The notes: generated by a model not told the origin, from the letters alone. A stretch of DNA of 64,000 bases from Myxococcota bacterium (GCA_036149055.1 JAYZQJ010000007.1:1-64000), one strand, 5' to 3'; shown: positions 13,227-23,451, numbered from the stretch's first letter. Translations and numbers: made by a program.

Positions 13227-14692
13227 CAGCCCATCCACAGGTGAGGGAGCATCTCGCGGTGCGCGTCGGCGTAGCGGTCCCAGCCGCCGCCCTTCGCGTA
13301 GCGATGCCCGAGCTTCTGGTGGTCGCCGAACCCCGGCCCGTCGCCGAGCTCCCACTCGTGATGCGACAGCCCCATCGCCGCCATCGCGGTGGTGAGCAGC
13401 ATGCTGTACGGCCGGCCGAGTCGCGTGCCTCCGGTGGTCCAGGTGACGCCCTCCTCCGAGCGGTAGTCGAGGGCCACGCCGGTGCGGATGTGCCCGCACG
13501 CGCTCCCGGCCAGCAGCATCGGCATGTCGAGCTGGCCGTGCGATCCGCCGTCCCCGAGCTCGTTGCCCCAGAGGACGAGCGAGTTGTCGAGCAGCGTGTT
13601 GCCGTCCGGCTCGACGAGGGCGTCCATCTTGCTCAGCAGCTCGGCCACCCGGGTCGCGATGAAGGCGTTGTGGGAGGCGGAGGTGCGCTCGGCGTCGGGC
13701 CCGCGAAGGTGCGAGTTGGAGTGGAAGCCCGCCTCCTCTCCGTCGGCCCGCACGTGCTTGATGAAGAGGGTGCCGACGCGGGTGATCCCGCAGGCGAGCG
13801 CCGCGACCAACAGATCGATGTGGTTGGTGTACATCGCCTCCGCGTCCTCGACGTACGTCACGTCGGGACCGGTGCAGGTGATGCTTCCGGCGGCGGAGAG
13901 CCGGGTCTGCAGGTCGCGGAGGTGGTCGGCGTAGTTCGAGAGGCGCTCCCGGTCCTGGCTGCCGAGGCGCGGGTTCGTGCGAAGACGATCGAGGTCGTCC
14001 TTCACGCGATCGATCACGAGCTGCCGGCGGGCGTTCGGGTCGGGGCCGTCCGACGGCTCGCTGCCGGCGAAGACCTGGCGGAACACGACCTCGGCGTCGG
14101 ACTGGACGGGCAGCCGGGTGGTCACGCCGTCCTCGGTCCACCACGAGAAGCTCTCGCCGGCCCGCAGCTCGCCGTCGTAGCGGCGGAGCATCGGCGAGAG
14201 CCGCATCGCGCCGAGCACCGGCGGCGTCGTGTAGAACGACGGTGCGTGCTCGAGCACCGCGTCCACCGAGTACGGGAAGAAGGGCGCGGACCCGCGCTCC
14301 ATGCCGCCCTCGGTGTGGGTGGACGCGGTGAGCGGGAAGCAGCGGTTGTGCCCCGTCTCCGTGAGCCCGTCGAGGCCGCGCAGGAGCGTGATCTTGTCGC
14401 GCAGGCCGTCGAACTGGGAGCCGATGACGTTCGAGATCGGTCCCTCGATGTCGGTCAGCGACCTGGACAGCGTGTTCGGCGCGACCCTCGACGCGCCCGT
14501 CATGTCGGGGTGCCAGTTGGCCTCGAACTGCCCGTTGAGGCTGAAGACGCCGACGAAGCGCCGCGAGGTCGAGGCGTCCGCGGCGACCCGCGAGCCCAGC
14601 AGCGAGGGGAGGAACGGGATGGCCAGGGCGAAGCCGCCGGCGCCGCGCAGGAAGGCGCGTCGGGCGAGGCGGCGCTCGGGACGGTCGGTCAC
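13226..14692 (-). CDS. DUF1552 domain protein, Tat-exported
   Basis: RRAFLRGAGGFALAIPFLPSL Tat signal; LGSQDRERLSNY; EPDGNTLLDNSLVLWGNELGDG..H. Confidence 0.9.
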   Translation of the reverse strand: MTDRPERRLARRAFLRGAGGFALAIPFLPSLLGSRVAADASTSRRFVGVFSLNGQFEANWHPDMTGASRVAPNTLSRSLTDIEGPISNVIGSQFDGLRDKITLLRGLDGLTETGHNRCFPLTASTHTEGGMERGSAPFFPYSVDAVLEHAPSFYTTPPVLGAMRLSPMLRRYDGELRAGESFSWWTEDGVTTRLPVQSDAEVVFRQVFAGSEPSDGPDPNARRQLVIDRVKDDLDRLRTNPRLGSQDRERLSNYADHLRDLQTRLSAAGSITCTGPDVTYVEDAEAMYTNHIDLLVAALACGITRVGTLFIKHVRADGEEAGFHSNSHLRGPDAERTSASHNAFIATRVAELLSKMDALVEPDGNTLLDNSLVLWGNELGDGGSHGQLDMPMLLAGSACGHIRTGVALDYRSEEGVTWTTGGTRLGRPYSMLLTTAMAAMGLSHHEWELGDGPGFGDHQKLGHRYAKGGGWDRYADAHREMLPHLWMG

Positions 14693-14695
14693 TTC

Positions 14696-16387
14696 TCAAT
14701 CCTCCAGGCGACGGGTGAAGAGGGCGTCGTTGGCCACGTTCACGACGAACGCGTCGAGCAGGCTGGCGCCGTCGTCGAGCATCGCGCGCGTGACGCGCCG
14801 GTTCAGGCAGTGATCCGCCGCGCTGGCAGGGCGGCGGATCCGGGTGTGCTCGAAGACGCGCTCGGCGAAGCAGGCGTGGCCGACCTCGCTGTTCGCGATG
14901 GCGTGGGCGAGCGCCGCGCCCGAGTCGACCGAGACGGTGGCGCCGTCGAGCTCCAGCTCCACCGCGGTGTCGAGCGGGTGCTCGGCGACCACCTCTCCGT
15001 CCACGAAGACGCGCTCGAGCGCGCGGTGGCGGCCGAGCGCGTCGAAGTCCTCGAGCGCGAAGGCCAGCGGGTTGATGCGCGAGTGACAGGTCGAGCAGGG
15101 CTGCTCGCCGGTCAGCGTCTCGATCTGCGCGCGCGCCGGCTGCGTCCTCAGCTCCCCCACCTCGTCGAGCCGCGAGTTGACGATGTCGGTGGGCGGGGCC
15201 GCGAGCTCACCGCAGAGGACCTGCCGCAGCATGAAGACGCCGCGCATGATGGGCGCGGTGGAGTGCGCTTCGCCGAGCAGCACGCCCGGACGGAGCAGCA
15301 GACCGGGGCGCTCCGGGCCGGCGAGCGGCGCGGGGAGGCCCGGCCGCCAGGGCTCGACGCCGTAGATTCCGGCCACCTGCGCGTCCTCGGGGTAGGCGGC
15401 GGTCGAGGACATGAGCGTCCGGTAGTCCGCGCCCTCTTCCCACACCATCTGGTCGACGTAGGTGAGCGTCTCGGCGAGCATCGCGTCCCGCAGCCCCGCG
15501 GCCATCAGGCCGTCGAGGAGCGCCGGGTCCTCTGGGACGCCGGACGTCTCGTCCAGCGCGAGCCACGCCTCGAAGAAGCCGCGCACGGTCTTGCGCGCCT
15601 CCGGGGTCTCCAGCAGCCGCCGCACCTGCGCCTCGACGCCCTCGAGCGTGTCCAGCTCCCCCCGCGCCGCCGCGTCGAGCATCGCGTCGTCGGGCATCGA
15701 GCCGGTCAGCATGTAGGAGACGCGGTTGGCGACCGCGTAGGGCGAGAGCCGCAGCGCAGGCGCGCCGGTCGCGTCCTCGGTCTCGTCGCCGTCGACCTCG
15801 ACGTGGAAGAGCAGCTGGGGCGACGAGAGCCAGCGCATCATCACCCGGGTGAAGCCCTCGGCCGGGTCGGGCGCGTCCCGGTAGAACGCGAGCTGATCGG
15901 CGATCTCGTCCTCGCTCAGCGGGCGACGGAACACGCGGCGGCCGAAGCCCTCGATGAACGCGCGCGCGCAGGCGTCGTCGGGGGCGGCGTCGAGGATGCA
16001 GCCGTGACCGCGGGAGAGCAGCGCCTCCGGGTGGGCCCGCAGCGCGCTCGCCGCCCGCTCCCCGGTGCTCACCATGGCCTCGACGTGGGCCGCGGTGTGG
16101 TTGGGCACGAGCTCGTCCACCGACCCGGCGCCGACCTCGTCGGGCGGGAAGACGCCGAACTCCAGGCTCAGCTCGCCGAACGCCGCCTCGCCGAGCAGAT
16201 CCCGCAGGGTGTGGGCGAGCTCCCGCCGGGTCAGCCGGCGCAGCGGGGTGGGCGCGGCGCCGGGCGCGTCGCAGCGGAGGGTGTCGACGTCGAGGTCTCC
16301 GTCGCGCCAGGGGCGGTCCTCGGAGACGGTCCCGACGCACGCGGTCAGCGCGATCGACAGCAAGAGGGTGGCTCGAGCGGGGCGCAT
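14696..16387 (-). CDS. DUF1592/DUF1588/DUF1595 family lipoprotein
   Basis: LTAC lipobox; LRRLTRRE; GRRVFRRPL; ANRVSYML..SMPD; PIMRG; CSTCH; FALEDFDALGR. Confidence 0.9.
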   Translation of the reverse strand: MRPARATLLLSIALTACVGTVSEDRPWRDGDLDVDTLRCDAPGAAPTPLRRLTRRELAHTLRDLLGEAAFGELSLEFGVFPPDEVGAGSVDELVPNHTAAHVEAMVSTGERAASALRAHPEALLSRGHGCILDAAPDDACARAFIEGFGRRVFRRPLSEDEIADQLAFYRDAPDPAEGFTRVMMRWLSSPQLLFHVEVDGDETEDATGAPALRLSPYAVANRVSYMLTGSMPDDAMLDAAARGELDTLEGVEAQVRRLLETPEARKTVRGFFEAWLALDETSGVPEDPALLDGLMAAGLRDAMLAETLTYVDQMVWEEGADYRTLMSSTAAYPEDAQVAGIYGVEPWRPGLPAPLAGPERPGLLLRPGVLLGEAHSTAPIMRGVFMLRQVLCGELAAPPTDIVNSRLDEVGELRTQPARAQIETLTGEQPCSTCHSRINPLAFALEDFDALGRHRALERVFVDGEVVAEHPLDTAVELELDGATVSVDSGAALAHAIANSEVGHACFAERVFEHTRIRRPASAADHCLNRRVTRAMLDDGASLLDAFVVNVANDALFTRRLED

Positions 16388-16492
16388 CCCGCGGGCTCAC
16401 TGCAACCTCCATGCGCGCGGCGCCGGCTGCGGGTGCGAGGGGGCGCGTCTCCTCGACGGAGGGGCGCGGCCATCCGGCTGGTAGGGGATTCC

Positions 16493-17785
16493 CTACCGCA
16501 TGCCGTGGCGCTTCATGAGCTCCATCAGATAGGAGCGATCCATGCGCGTGCGCCGGGCGGTCTCGCGAATGTTCCCGTCGCTGCGGTCGAGGTTGTGACG
16601 CAGGTAGCGCCGCTCGAAGTCGTCGACCGCCTGCCGCTTGGCGTCGCGGAAGCTCTGGTCCAGCAGGCTCTCGGTCGAGCCCGCGGACGCGCCCAGGCGC
16701 GGCGCCTCCCCGAGCGCGAGGGCGCCCAGCACCACGTTCCGGAGCTCGCGCACGTTGCCCGGCCAGGCGTGGCTGCGGAGCCGCTCCAGGGTCTCGGCGT
16801 CGAACAGCGTCTCCACCGCCTCGGCGCGCCCGGCCTGGGCGATGAAGTGCTCGATGAGCATCGGGATGTCGCGGGGGCGCTCGCGGAGCGGCGCCACCTC
16901 GAGCCGGACGACCGCGAGGCGATAGAAGAGGTCGAGCCGGAAGCTGCCGCGGTTCACCTCGGCGTGCAGATCCCGGTTGGTCGCGGCGATGACGCGCAGA
17001 TCGAGGGGGATGTCCTCGCGCCCACCGAGCCGCCGGATCCGGTGCCGCTCCAGCACCCCGAGCAGCGTGCTCTGCATGTCGAGCGGCAGCTCGCCCACCT
17101 CGTCGAGGAACAGCGTGCCGCCGCTCGAGCGCTCGCACGCGCCGACGTGCTGCCGCTCCGCGCCGGTGAACGCGCCCCGCTCGTGTCCGAACAGCTCGCT
17201 GCCGAGCAGGCTCGGGGTGAGGGCCGCGCAGTCGACGGTCACGAAGGGCTGCTCGCGCCGGGCGCCGTGGTCGTGAATCGCCCGCGCGACGAGCTCCTTG
17301 CCGGTGCCCGACTCGCCGCTGACGAGCACCGGGACGTCGCTCTCCGCGACCCGCGCGATCCTCGCCATCAGGCGCCTCATCTCCGGGTCGCGGGCCCGCA
17401 GGTCGCCGAGCTGCTGCAGGCCGTCGTCGACCATGACGACCTCGCCGTCTTCGAGGCGCAGGCGGGTCCGGCCGAGGCGCAGGGTGGCGCCGGTCTCCAC
17501 CGCCATCGTCCCGCCGCGGATCTCCGCCGGGCCGGCCTGGGTGCCGTTCGTCGAGCCGTGATCGGTCACCAGGATGCGGTCGTCACGGCGGCCGAGCGTC
17601 GCGTGGATGCGCGACACGGTGGAGTCGCTCAAGACGAGGTCGTTGCCCTCGGCGGAGCCGACGGTGAGCGTGCCCTCCTGGCAGGCGACCTCCGCCCCGG
17701 CGTCCGGGCCGCCGACGACCACGACCCGGATCCCCTTCACGGGCCTCCCCCGCCCCGACACTCGAACCGTCCGATCCTCCGACAT
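16493..17785 (-). CDS. FHA-domain sigma54-dependent transcriptional activator (Fis HTH)
   Basis: FHA VGS...DSTVSRIH...[35 protein letters not shown]. Confidence 0.93.
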   Translation of the reverse strand: MSEDRTVRVSGRGRPVKGIRVVVVGGPDAGAEVACQEGTLTVGSAEGNDLVLSDSTVSRIHATLGRRDDRILVTDHGSTNGTQAGPAEIRGGTMAVETGATLRLGRTRLRLEDGEVVMVDDGLQQLGDLRARDPEMRRLMARIARVAESDVPVLVSGESGTGKELVARAIHDHGARREQPFVTVDCAALTPSLLGSELFGHERGAFTGAERQHVGACERSSGGTLFLDEVGELPLDMQSTLLGVLERHRIRRLGGREDIPLDLRVIAATNRDLHAEVNRGSFRLDLFYRLAVVRLEVAPLRERPRDIPMLIEHFIAQAGRAEAVETLFDAETLERLRSHAWPGNVRELRNVVLGALALGEAPRLGASAGSTESLLDQSFRDAKRQAVDDFERRYLRHNLDRSDGNIRETARRTRMDRSYLMELMKRHGMR

Positions 17786-17813
17786 CCCACGGAGGATGGC
17801 ACGAAGCGCGCGC

Positions 17814-19166
17814 CTAATCGCCGTAAGGGCTCGCGAGGAACTCGGAGGGCGCCTCGGCCGCGCGCCGGGCGCGGGTGGGTCTGCGAGCGCGAGCGGGTCT
17901 CCGGGCGCGCGGCGGATCGGGAGGCGCGGCCTCTTCGGTCGACGCGTCGACGGGCGGCGCGCCGGCGTCTGCCTCCGGCAGCTCGGCCTCGGGCGCGCCG
18001 GCGTCGGCATCGGCGTCGGCGGGGATGGGCGACGTCGCGGCGAGCGTCTCCGGCGCGGCCGGGATCTCGGGAGGCTCGCTCGCCATGAAGATCGCCGCCG
18101 CGATCCCCGCGATCCCCGCGGCGATCGGCACCGTCAGCCACCAACGGGACCAGCCGCGCGGCGCGGAGACCTCGGCGGAGCGTGCCGGCGCTTCGGCGGC
18201 CCGCGAGGCGAGCTCCTTCGCCGCGCGCAGCTCTTCCGCGAAGCGCGTCTCCAGGATCGCGACGAGGCCGGCCGTGTCGCCGTCGGGCGCGGCGGAGGCG
18301 ATCGTCTCCAGCTCGCTCGCGATCGCCTCCCCGGTGGCCGGTCGGTCCGCGGGGTCCCGCGACAGGCAGCGCGCGACGAGGTCGGCGAGCGCGGGCGGGA
18401 CGTCGGGGCGCACGTCGTCGAGGCTCGGGATGCGCCGGTGGAGCACGTTCCAGATCGTGCTCGGCTGGTTCTGGTCGCGGAACAGGTGTCGCTGGGTCAG
18501 CACCTCGAAGGCGGTCACTCCCAGCGCCCAGAGATCGGCGCGTCGGTCGACGCTCTTCGGCGTCTCGATCTGCTCCGGCGCCATGTGCGAGAGGTGGCCC
18601 TTGAGCTCTCCGCTGTGGGTCTGCGCGATCTTGCCGCGCGCGGCCGCGATCCCGAAGTCCACCACCCGCACGTGCCCGTCGAAGGCGATGTGCACGTTCT
18701 GCGGGCAGAAGTCGCGGTGCACGATGTCGAGCGGCAGCCCGTCGGGGCCCAGCGCCTCGTGCGCCGCGTGCAGCCCCCGCGCGCAGGCCGCGAGCACCCG
18801 GGCCGCGTGCCCCGGGGAGAGCGGGCCGGCGCGCATCAGCTCGGACAGGGTGATCCCCTGCAGCAGCTCCATCACGAGGTAGGGCAGCTCTCCGTGCCGG
18901 TCGACCTCGAACACCTGCACGATGTTCGGGTGGTGCAGGCGCGCGGCGATGCGGCACTCGTCGAGGAACATCTGCACGAAGCGCGGCTCCTCGAGCAGCC
19001 GCGGCGCGAGGAACTTCAGCGCGACGAGGCGGTTGAGCCCGCCCTCTCCCGAGCGCACCGCCGCGTAGACCACCGCCATCCCTCCGCGGCCGATCTCCTC
19101 GACGATGCGGTAGGGCCCGACGGTGGATCCAGGCTGCGGCAGCAAGGTCGCTGCGGTGGACACCAT
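17814..19166 (-). CDS. Hanks-type Ser/Thr protein kinase with TM segment
   Basis: IGRGGMAVVY, VALK, HRDFCPQN, DFG, MAPEQ, DLWALG; TM WWLTVPIAAGIAGIAAAIFM. Confidence 0.93.
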   Translation of the reverse strand: MVSTAATLLPQPGSTVGPYRIVEEIGRGGMAVVYAAVRSGEGGLNRLVALKFLAPRLLEEPRFVQMFLDECRIAARLHHPNIVQVFEVDRHGELPYLVMELLQGITLSELMRAGPLSPGHAARVLAACARGLHAAHEALGPDGLPLDIVHRDFCPQNVHIAFDGHVRVVDFGIAAARGKIAQTHSGELKGHLSHMAPEQIETPKSVDRRADLWALGVTAFEVLTQRHLFRDQNQPSTIWNVLHRRIPSLDDVRPDVPPALADLVARCLSRDPADRPATGEAIASELETIASAAPDGDTAGLVAILETRFAEELRAAKELASRAAEAPARSAEVSAPRGWSRWWLTVPIAAGIAGIAAAIFMASEPPEIPAAPETLAATSPIPADADADAGAPEAELPEADAGAPPVDASTEEAAPPDPPRARRPARARRPTRARRAAEAPSEFLASPYGD

Positions 19167-19241
19167 CGCGCCGATGGTAGTGGAGCGAGGTCCGGCGGCA
19201 ACGCGCCCCCTCACACCCGGCCGCGCGCTATGCTCTCCGCG

Positions 19242-20096
19242 ATGTTCGAGGCCCGCGTGCAGCTGTCGTGTGTTGCTGCTCTCGCGCTCCTGTCCGCCGC
19301 GCCCGCGCACGCGCAGGACGAGGAGGCGTCGGCGCGGGCCGCTGCGCAGGTGGAGTTCACCGCCGGCCGCGAGGCGTTCGCGCGCGGGGAGTACGAGGCG
19401 GCGCTGATCCGGCTCCGCACCGCGCAGGAGCTCGCGCCCCACGACGTCGTCCGCTTCAACATCGCGCTCTGTCTCGAGCGGCTCGATCGCATCCCCGAGG
19501 CGGTGCGCGAGCTGGAGGCGCTGGCGGAGAGCGAGCAGCTCGGGGCGACGGAGCGCGCCCGCGCGAGGGCGAGGCTCGACGTGCTGCGCCGCCGGGTGGG
19601 GCGGGTGGTGCTCGAGCCCGCGGGCGCGCAGCTGCGCGTCGAAGGGCGGGCGCCCTGCGAGGGGCCCTGCGAGGCGATCGTGGCGCCCGGGAGCCACCGC
19701 GTGTGGGTCCGCGGGCCCGACGGCGAAGAGAGCGAGTCCGTCGTCGAGATCGCCGCCGGCCAGCGCGTCACCGTGACGCCGGTCGAGCGCCCCGAGCCGC
19801 CGCCGCCCGAAGCGCACCCTTCTCCCGAGCCGCCGCCCGCGGAGGGCTTCGGTCTGACCCCGCTCGGCGTCGTCGGCGCAGGCATCGGCGCGGCCGGGCT
19901 CGCCGCGTCGATCGCCCTGGGCGTGCACGCGACGTCCCTCCACGACGCCTACGTCGCGAGCAGCGGCAGCGAGGGCAACGTCGCCCTCCGCGCGGACGGC
20001 CTGCTCTTCCGCGACCTGACCAACGCCGCCATCGGGGTGGCCATCGGAGGCGCCGTCCTGCTCGCGGTGGACCTCATCTGGGCGCTGACGCGATGA
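19242..20096 (+). CDS. TPR + PEGA-like domain protein with C-terminal membrane helices
   Basis: Signal peptide ending AHA-Q; TPR-like FNIALCLERL; PGSHRVWV PEGA-like segment; two C-terminal hydrophobic helices. Confidence 0.75.
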   Translation: MFEARVQLSCVAALALLSAAPAHAQDEEASARAAAQVEFTAGREAFARGEYEAALIRLRTAQELAPHDVVRFNIALCLERLDRIPEAVRELEALAESEQLGATERARARARLDVLRRRVGRVVLEPAGAQLRVEGRAPCEGPCEAIVAPGSHRVWVRGPDGEESESVVEIAAGQRVTVTPVERPEPPPPEAHPSPEPPPAEGFGLTPLGVVGAGIGAAGLAASIALGVHATSLHDAYVASSGSEGNVALRADGLLFRDLTNAAIGVAIGGAVLLAVDLIWALTR

Positions 20097-20518
20097 AGGA
20101 GGCGACGATGAAGGAGTACCGAGGCGAGTGCTTGTGCGGCGCGGTCCGCTACGTCGTGCGCGCCGAGGCGCCGAGCGCGATGTTTCTCTGCCACTGCACG
20201 CGCTGTCGCAAGGAGACTGGCACCCTGCACGGCGCCAACGTCTTCTTTCGGGACGGCGAGCTGCGCTACGAGCGCGGCGAGGCCGAGCTCCGCCGCTTCG
20301 CGCTCGAGGGGACGCGCAAGAAGCGCGTGTTCTGCGGCACCTGCGGCAGCCCGGTGCCCCGGCAGGATCCGGGCGGGATGATCGTGATGCCGGCCGGCGG
20401 GCTCGACGACGACCACGGCCTGCAGCCCACCGCGCACATCTTCTGCGACAGCCGCGCCCCCTGGGCGGACGCGGCCGCGTCGACCGCGCGCCTCCCCGAG
20501 GGCCCTCAGCGCGGGTAG
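20093..20518 (+). CDS. GFA (Mss4-like, CENP-V) family protein
   Basis: GECLCGAVRY, CHCTRCRK, FCGTCGS, HIFCDSRAPW. Confidence 0.92.
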   Translation: MKEATMKEYRGECLCGAVRYVVRAEAPSAMFLCHCTRCRKETGTLHGANVFFRDGELRYERGEAELRRFALEGTRKKRVFCGTCGSPVPRQDPGGMIVMPAGGLDDDHGLQPTAHIFCDSRAPWADAAASTARLPEGPQRG

Positions 20519-21636
20519 GTCGCGGCGGGGAGGGCGCTCGAGACGGGGTGATAGCCGGCCTGCCCGTGCAGCTCGGCGGCCAGCGGGTAGCGCTCCGGGT
20601 CGAGGCCGTGGAGGCCGGTCTCGCAGCGCTCCGCCCACTCGCCGGCGACGCCGTGGTGGCTCGCCCACTCCACGCAGGTCTCGAGGTGCGCGCGAGCCTC
20701 GTCGTAGCCCGGGCGGTCGCTGCCGTCGTTGACCAGCGCCCGCAGCCACTCGCTCTCCGGCAGGGTCAGCGCGGCGTGGAGCGCGGCCTGGTGTCCGTAC
20801 ATCTCGCCGATGCGCGCCGCCGCGATCACGCTGTGCCGGGGGGAGCCCAGCTCGTAGACGCTCTCCAGCTCGACCCGCGCCAGCAGCAGGCGCCGCCGGG
20901 TGCGCACGAGCCAGGGGCTCATCGTGCGCGTCCACCAGCGCTCGGAGTCGGCGATGCGGGTCGCGCGCGGCGGGCGGATGGCGAGGAAGCGCTCCACGCT
21001 CGCCTCCGCCCGGGCCAGCCGACCCTCGGCGACGGTGGCGCGGATCCACGCCGGGGGCACCGCGCCGTCCTCGTCGAGCTCACCGCGCGCCCGGGCCCAT
21101 CGGCGCTCGACCTGTCGCCAGAGCCGCGCCGCGCGCGCGTCGCGCCCGAGCTCGCTGGCCACCCTCGCGCGCATCCCGTCGGCGACGATCGCCAGCCCGG
21201 CCGGCGGGTCGGGGAAGAGCGCCTCGAAGCGATCGAGGGCCTCGAGCGCGGCGCGCGCCCGGCCGCCGTCGAGGTGCATCTCGGCCAGCGCGTAGACCAG
21301 GCGCATGGCGCGGCGCGGGCGGGCGTAGAGGAAGTGGGCGGTGAACGCGGCGGCGTCCGCGTCGGCTTCGTCGGCGTGACCGAGGGCCCGCCGCAGCTCG
21401 AACGCCCGGGAGAGCGCGTGGTCCGCCCGATCGCAGGGACGGGTCGCGTGCAGGACGGCGGTGCGGGAGGCGAGGCAGGCGGTCGCGTAGGCCTCGTAGG
21501 CGGCGGCCGCGGACGCGTAGTCGGTGGTCGCGTCGAGGGCCTCGGCCCGCTGGTAGGCCGCCCCGAGGTCGTCGTCCTGGGCGGCGGCGGGGGCGGAAAA
21601 GAGGAGGAACATCGAGAGGATGGACGCGCGCTTCAT
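20506..21636 (-). CDS. Secreted TPR-like helical protein
   Basis: Signal peptide APAAA-Q; helical repeats; C-terminal ETCV...WAERCE..L...PERYP. Confidence 0.65.
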   Translation of the reverse strand: MKRASILSMFLLFSAPAAAQDDDLGAAYQRAEALDATTDYASAAAAYEAYATACLASRTAVLHATRPCDRADHALSRAFELRRALGHADEADADAAAFTAHFLYARPRRAMRLVYALAEMHLDGGRARAALEALDRFEALFPDPPAGLAIVADGMRARVASELGRDARAARLWRQVERRWARARGELDEDGAVPPAWIRATVAEGRLARAEASVERFLAIRPPRATRIADSERWWTRTMSPWLVRTRRRLLLARVELESVYELGSPRHSVIAAARIGEMYGHQAALHAALTLPESEWLRALVNDGSDRPGYDEARAHLETCVEWASHHGVAGEWAERCETGLHGLDPERYPLAAELHGQAGYHPVSSALPAATYPR

Positions 21637-21679
21637 GGGGACCTCGGCGGGATCGGGCTGGCGGCGCGCGCACCCGGGC

Positions 21680-21697
21680 ACCGATGCGCGCATCGGT
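21680..21697. promoter_or_regulatory. Perfect 18-bp palindrome in divergent intergenic region (candidate operator)
   Basis: accgatgcgcgcatcggt is self-complementary. Confidence 0.45.
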
Positions 21698-21805
21698 TGC
21701 GACGTCCGGGCAGCGCGAAGGTTTGGGTTTTTTCTCGTCGGTCGACGGACGATTCCCGCCGCACCTCCTCACACCCGGTCACGCCCGCCCGTGCGAAGCT
21801 GGCGC

Positions 21806-23089
21806 ATGGCTCGCCTGCTCATCTACGCGCTGCTCACCCTCCTGCTCGCCGCCTGCGACGGTGGCCCGGCGCGCTGCGTGCCCGGCGAGACCCGCGCCTG
21901 CCTCTGCCCGCCCAGCCGCGACGGCGTGCAGGTCTGCGAAGCGAGCGGGGAGGCCTACTCGGCGTGCGCGTGCGGCGAGCCGGTCGACGCCGGTCGGGCC
22001 GACGCCGCGAGCCCGGTCGACGCGTCGAGCCCGGACGCCGGCGCCGACGCCACGACGCCGATGGGCTGCCCGGCCGAGCGCCCGTGGGAGTGCCTGCTCG
22101 AGAACATGATGGGCTTCGCCGCGGCGGCCGGCACCACCGGCGGCGCCGGCGCGACCGGCGACCAGCTCATCACCGTGACCAACGCCGACGCGTCTGGCCC
22201 GGGCAGCCTGCCGCACGCCCTGCGCGAGCTCGCCACCGACGCCCCGACCTGGATCCGCTTCGACCTCGGCGACGCCCCGGTGAACATCGACATGGGCACG
22301 TCCATCGTCACCGTGCCGCCCAACACGACGATCGACGGGCGCGGGGCCAACGTCACGCTCGACCACGTGCGCCTCTCGCTCTCGGCCAACAACGTCCTGC
22401 ACGGCCTCCGCTTCGGCGTCTACACGGTACAGGACTACGTGCTCATCACCGAGGGCGACGACCGCATCTGGATCGACCACTGCACCTTCCTCGGGCCCAC
22501 CGAGGGCAACGACGCGGTGAACATCAGCACCGGCGCGCCCAGCGGCGAGGCGCCCGACGGGATCACCCTGAGCTGGTGTCACTTCGAGGGGCAGGACGTC
22601 GACAAGGGCATGAACATCGGCTGGGACGACAGCCACGTCGCCGACCGCGCGACCACGGTGACCCTCGCCTACAACTACTACGACGGCATCGTCTCCCGCG
22701 CGCCGCTGCTCCGGCACGCTCGCGTGCACTCCTACAACAACCTCCACCGCCAGTGGCGCGGGGTCACCGGCGCGGTCGGCCTCGGCACCGGCGCCCGCTA
22801 CGTCTCCGAGCGCAACCTCTACGACTCCGACGGCACCGGCCTCGGCCCCGCCGCCGACCTCGCGCTGCGCAACGCCGACGGCGACGCGGAGTTCAGCTCG
22901 ATCGAGGACGAGCTCGAGGCGGGATCGGTGCGCTGCCGGATCGACGCCGCCGCCGGCCCCGGCTTCGACGTCGCCGCCGCCTACGCCGAGTACCCCGAGC
23001 CCGCGCGCGTCACGCCGGCGCCGGCCGACGCCGCCCTCCGCGCGCGCCTCGAGGCCGACGTCGGCCAGCACGCCGACCCGCGCTGGTGA
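21806..23089 (+). CDS. Pectate lyase (PL1)-like beta-helix lipoprotein
   Basis: LAAC lipobox; Cys-rich N-terminus; GTTGG, GPGSL, TIDGRG, IWIDHC, RAPLLR (RxPxxR). Confidence 0.85.
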   Translation: MARLLIYALLTLLLAACDGGPARCVPGETRACLCPPSRDGVQVCEASGEAYSACACGEPVDAGRADAASPVDASSPDAGADATTPMGCPAERPWECLLENMMGFAAAAGTTGGAGATGDQLITVTNADASGPGSLPHALRELATDAPTWIRFDLGDAPVNIDMGTSIVTVPPNTTIDGRGANVTLDHVRLSLSANNVLHGLRFGVYTVQDYVLITEGDDRIWIDHCTFLGPTEGNDAVNISTGAPSGEAPDGITLSWCHFEGQDVDKGMNIGWDDSHVADRATTVTLAYNYYDGIVSRAPLLRHARVHSYNNLHRQWRGVTGAVGLGTGARYVSERNLYDSDGTGLGPAADLALRNADGDAEFSSIEDELEAGSVRCRIDAAAGPGFDVAAAYAEYPEPARVTPAPADAALRARLEADVGQHADPRW

Positions 23090-23109
23090 TGTGCGATGAT
23101 CGCCGCGCG

Positions 23110-23439
23110 ATGACGCTGACCCGAGACGAGCAGATCCTCCTCGCCGCGCTCGCGCGCCTGGTGATGATCGCCGACCGCGAGCTGTCCGACGCGGAGGCGC
23201 GCCACGCCGCCGATCTGGGCCGGCGCCTGGAGCTGGCCCCGAGCGAGTGGGAGGCGGTCTGGGACGAGGCCACCCGCGCCCTCCCCAGCGCCGACGCCAC
23301 CCTCGCCGCCGCCGAGCGCGTCGACCGCGTCGAGGCCCGCGAGGCGATCTACGAGCTCATCTACCGCCTCGCCGAGGAGGCGACGATCGTCGACGAGGAG
23401 TGGGACCTCCTCGAGGCCCTGGACGCGCGCTGGCGCTGA
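23110..23439 (+). CDS. TerB-like tellurite-resistance-fold protein
   Basis: VMIADRELSDAE ... IVDEEWDLLEAL. Confidence 0.6.
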   Translation: MTLTRDEQILLAALARLVMIADRELSDAEARHAADLGRRLELAPSEWEAVWDEATRALPSADATLAAAERVDRVEAREAIYELIYRLAEEATIVDEEWDLLEALDARWR

Positions 23440-23451
23440 GATCGCCGACGC

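Noticed and set aside
16401..16417. Sigma54-like site GCGCATG-N4-TTGCA upstream of the DUF1592 gene
   Set aside because: The invariant -24 GG is CG. Suggestive given the adjacent activator, but not supportable.
13241..18088. 1615-aa + strand ORF and other long Arg/Ala/Gly-rich ORFs (e.g. 9149-12190, 20128-23439, 51337-54051, 55484-57478)
   Set aside because: Shadow or antisense frames of well-supported genes in high-GC DNA. Only the C-terminal TerB-like part of 20128-23439 was kept.
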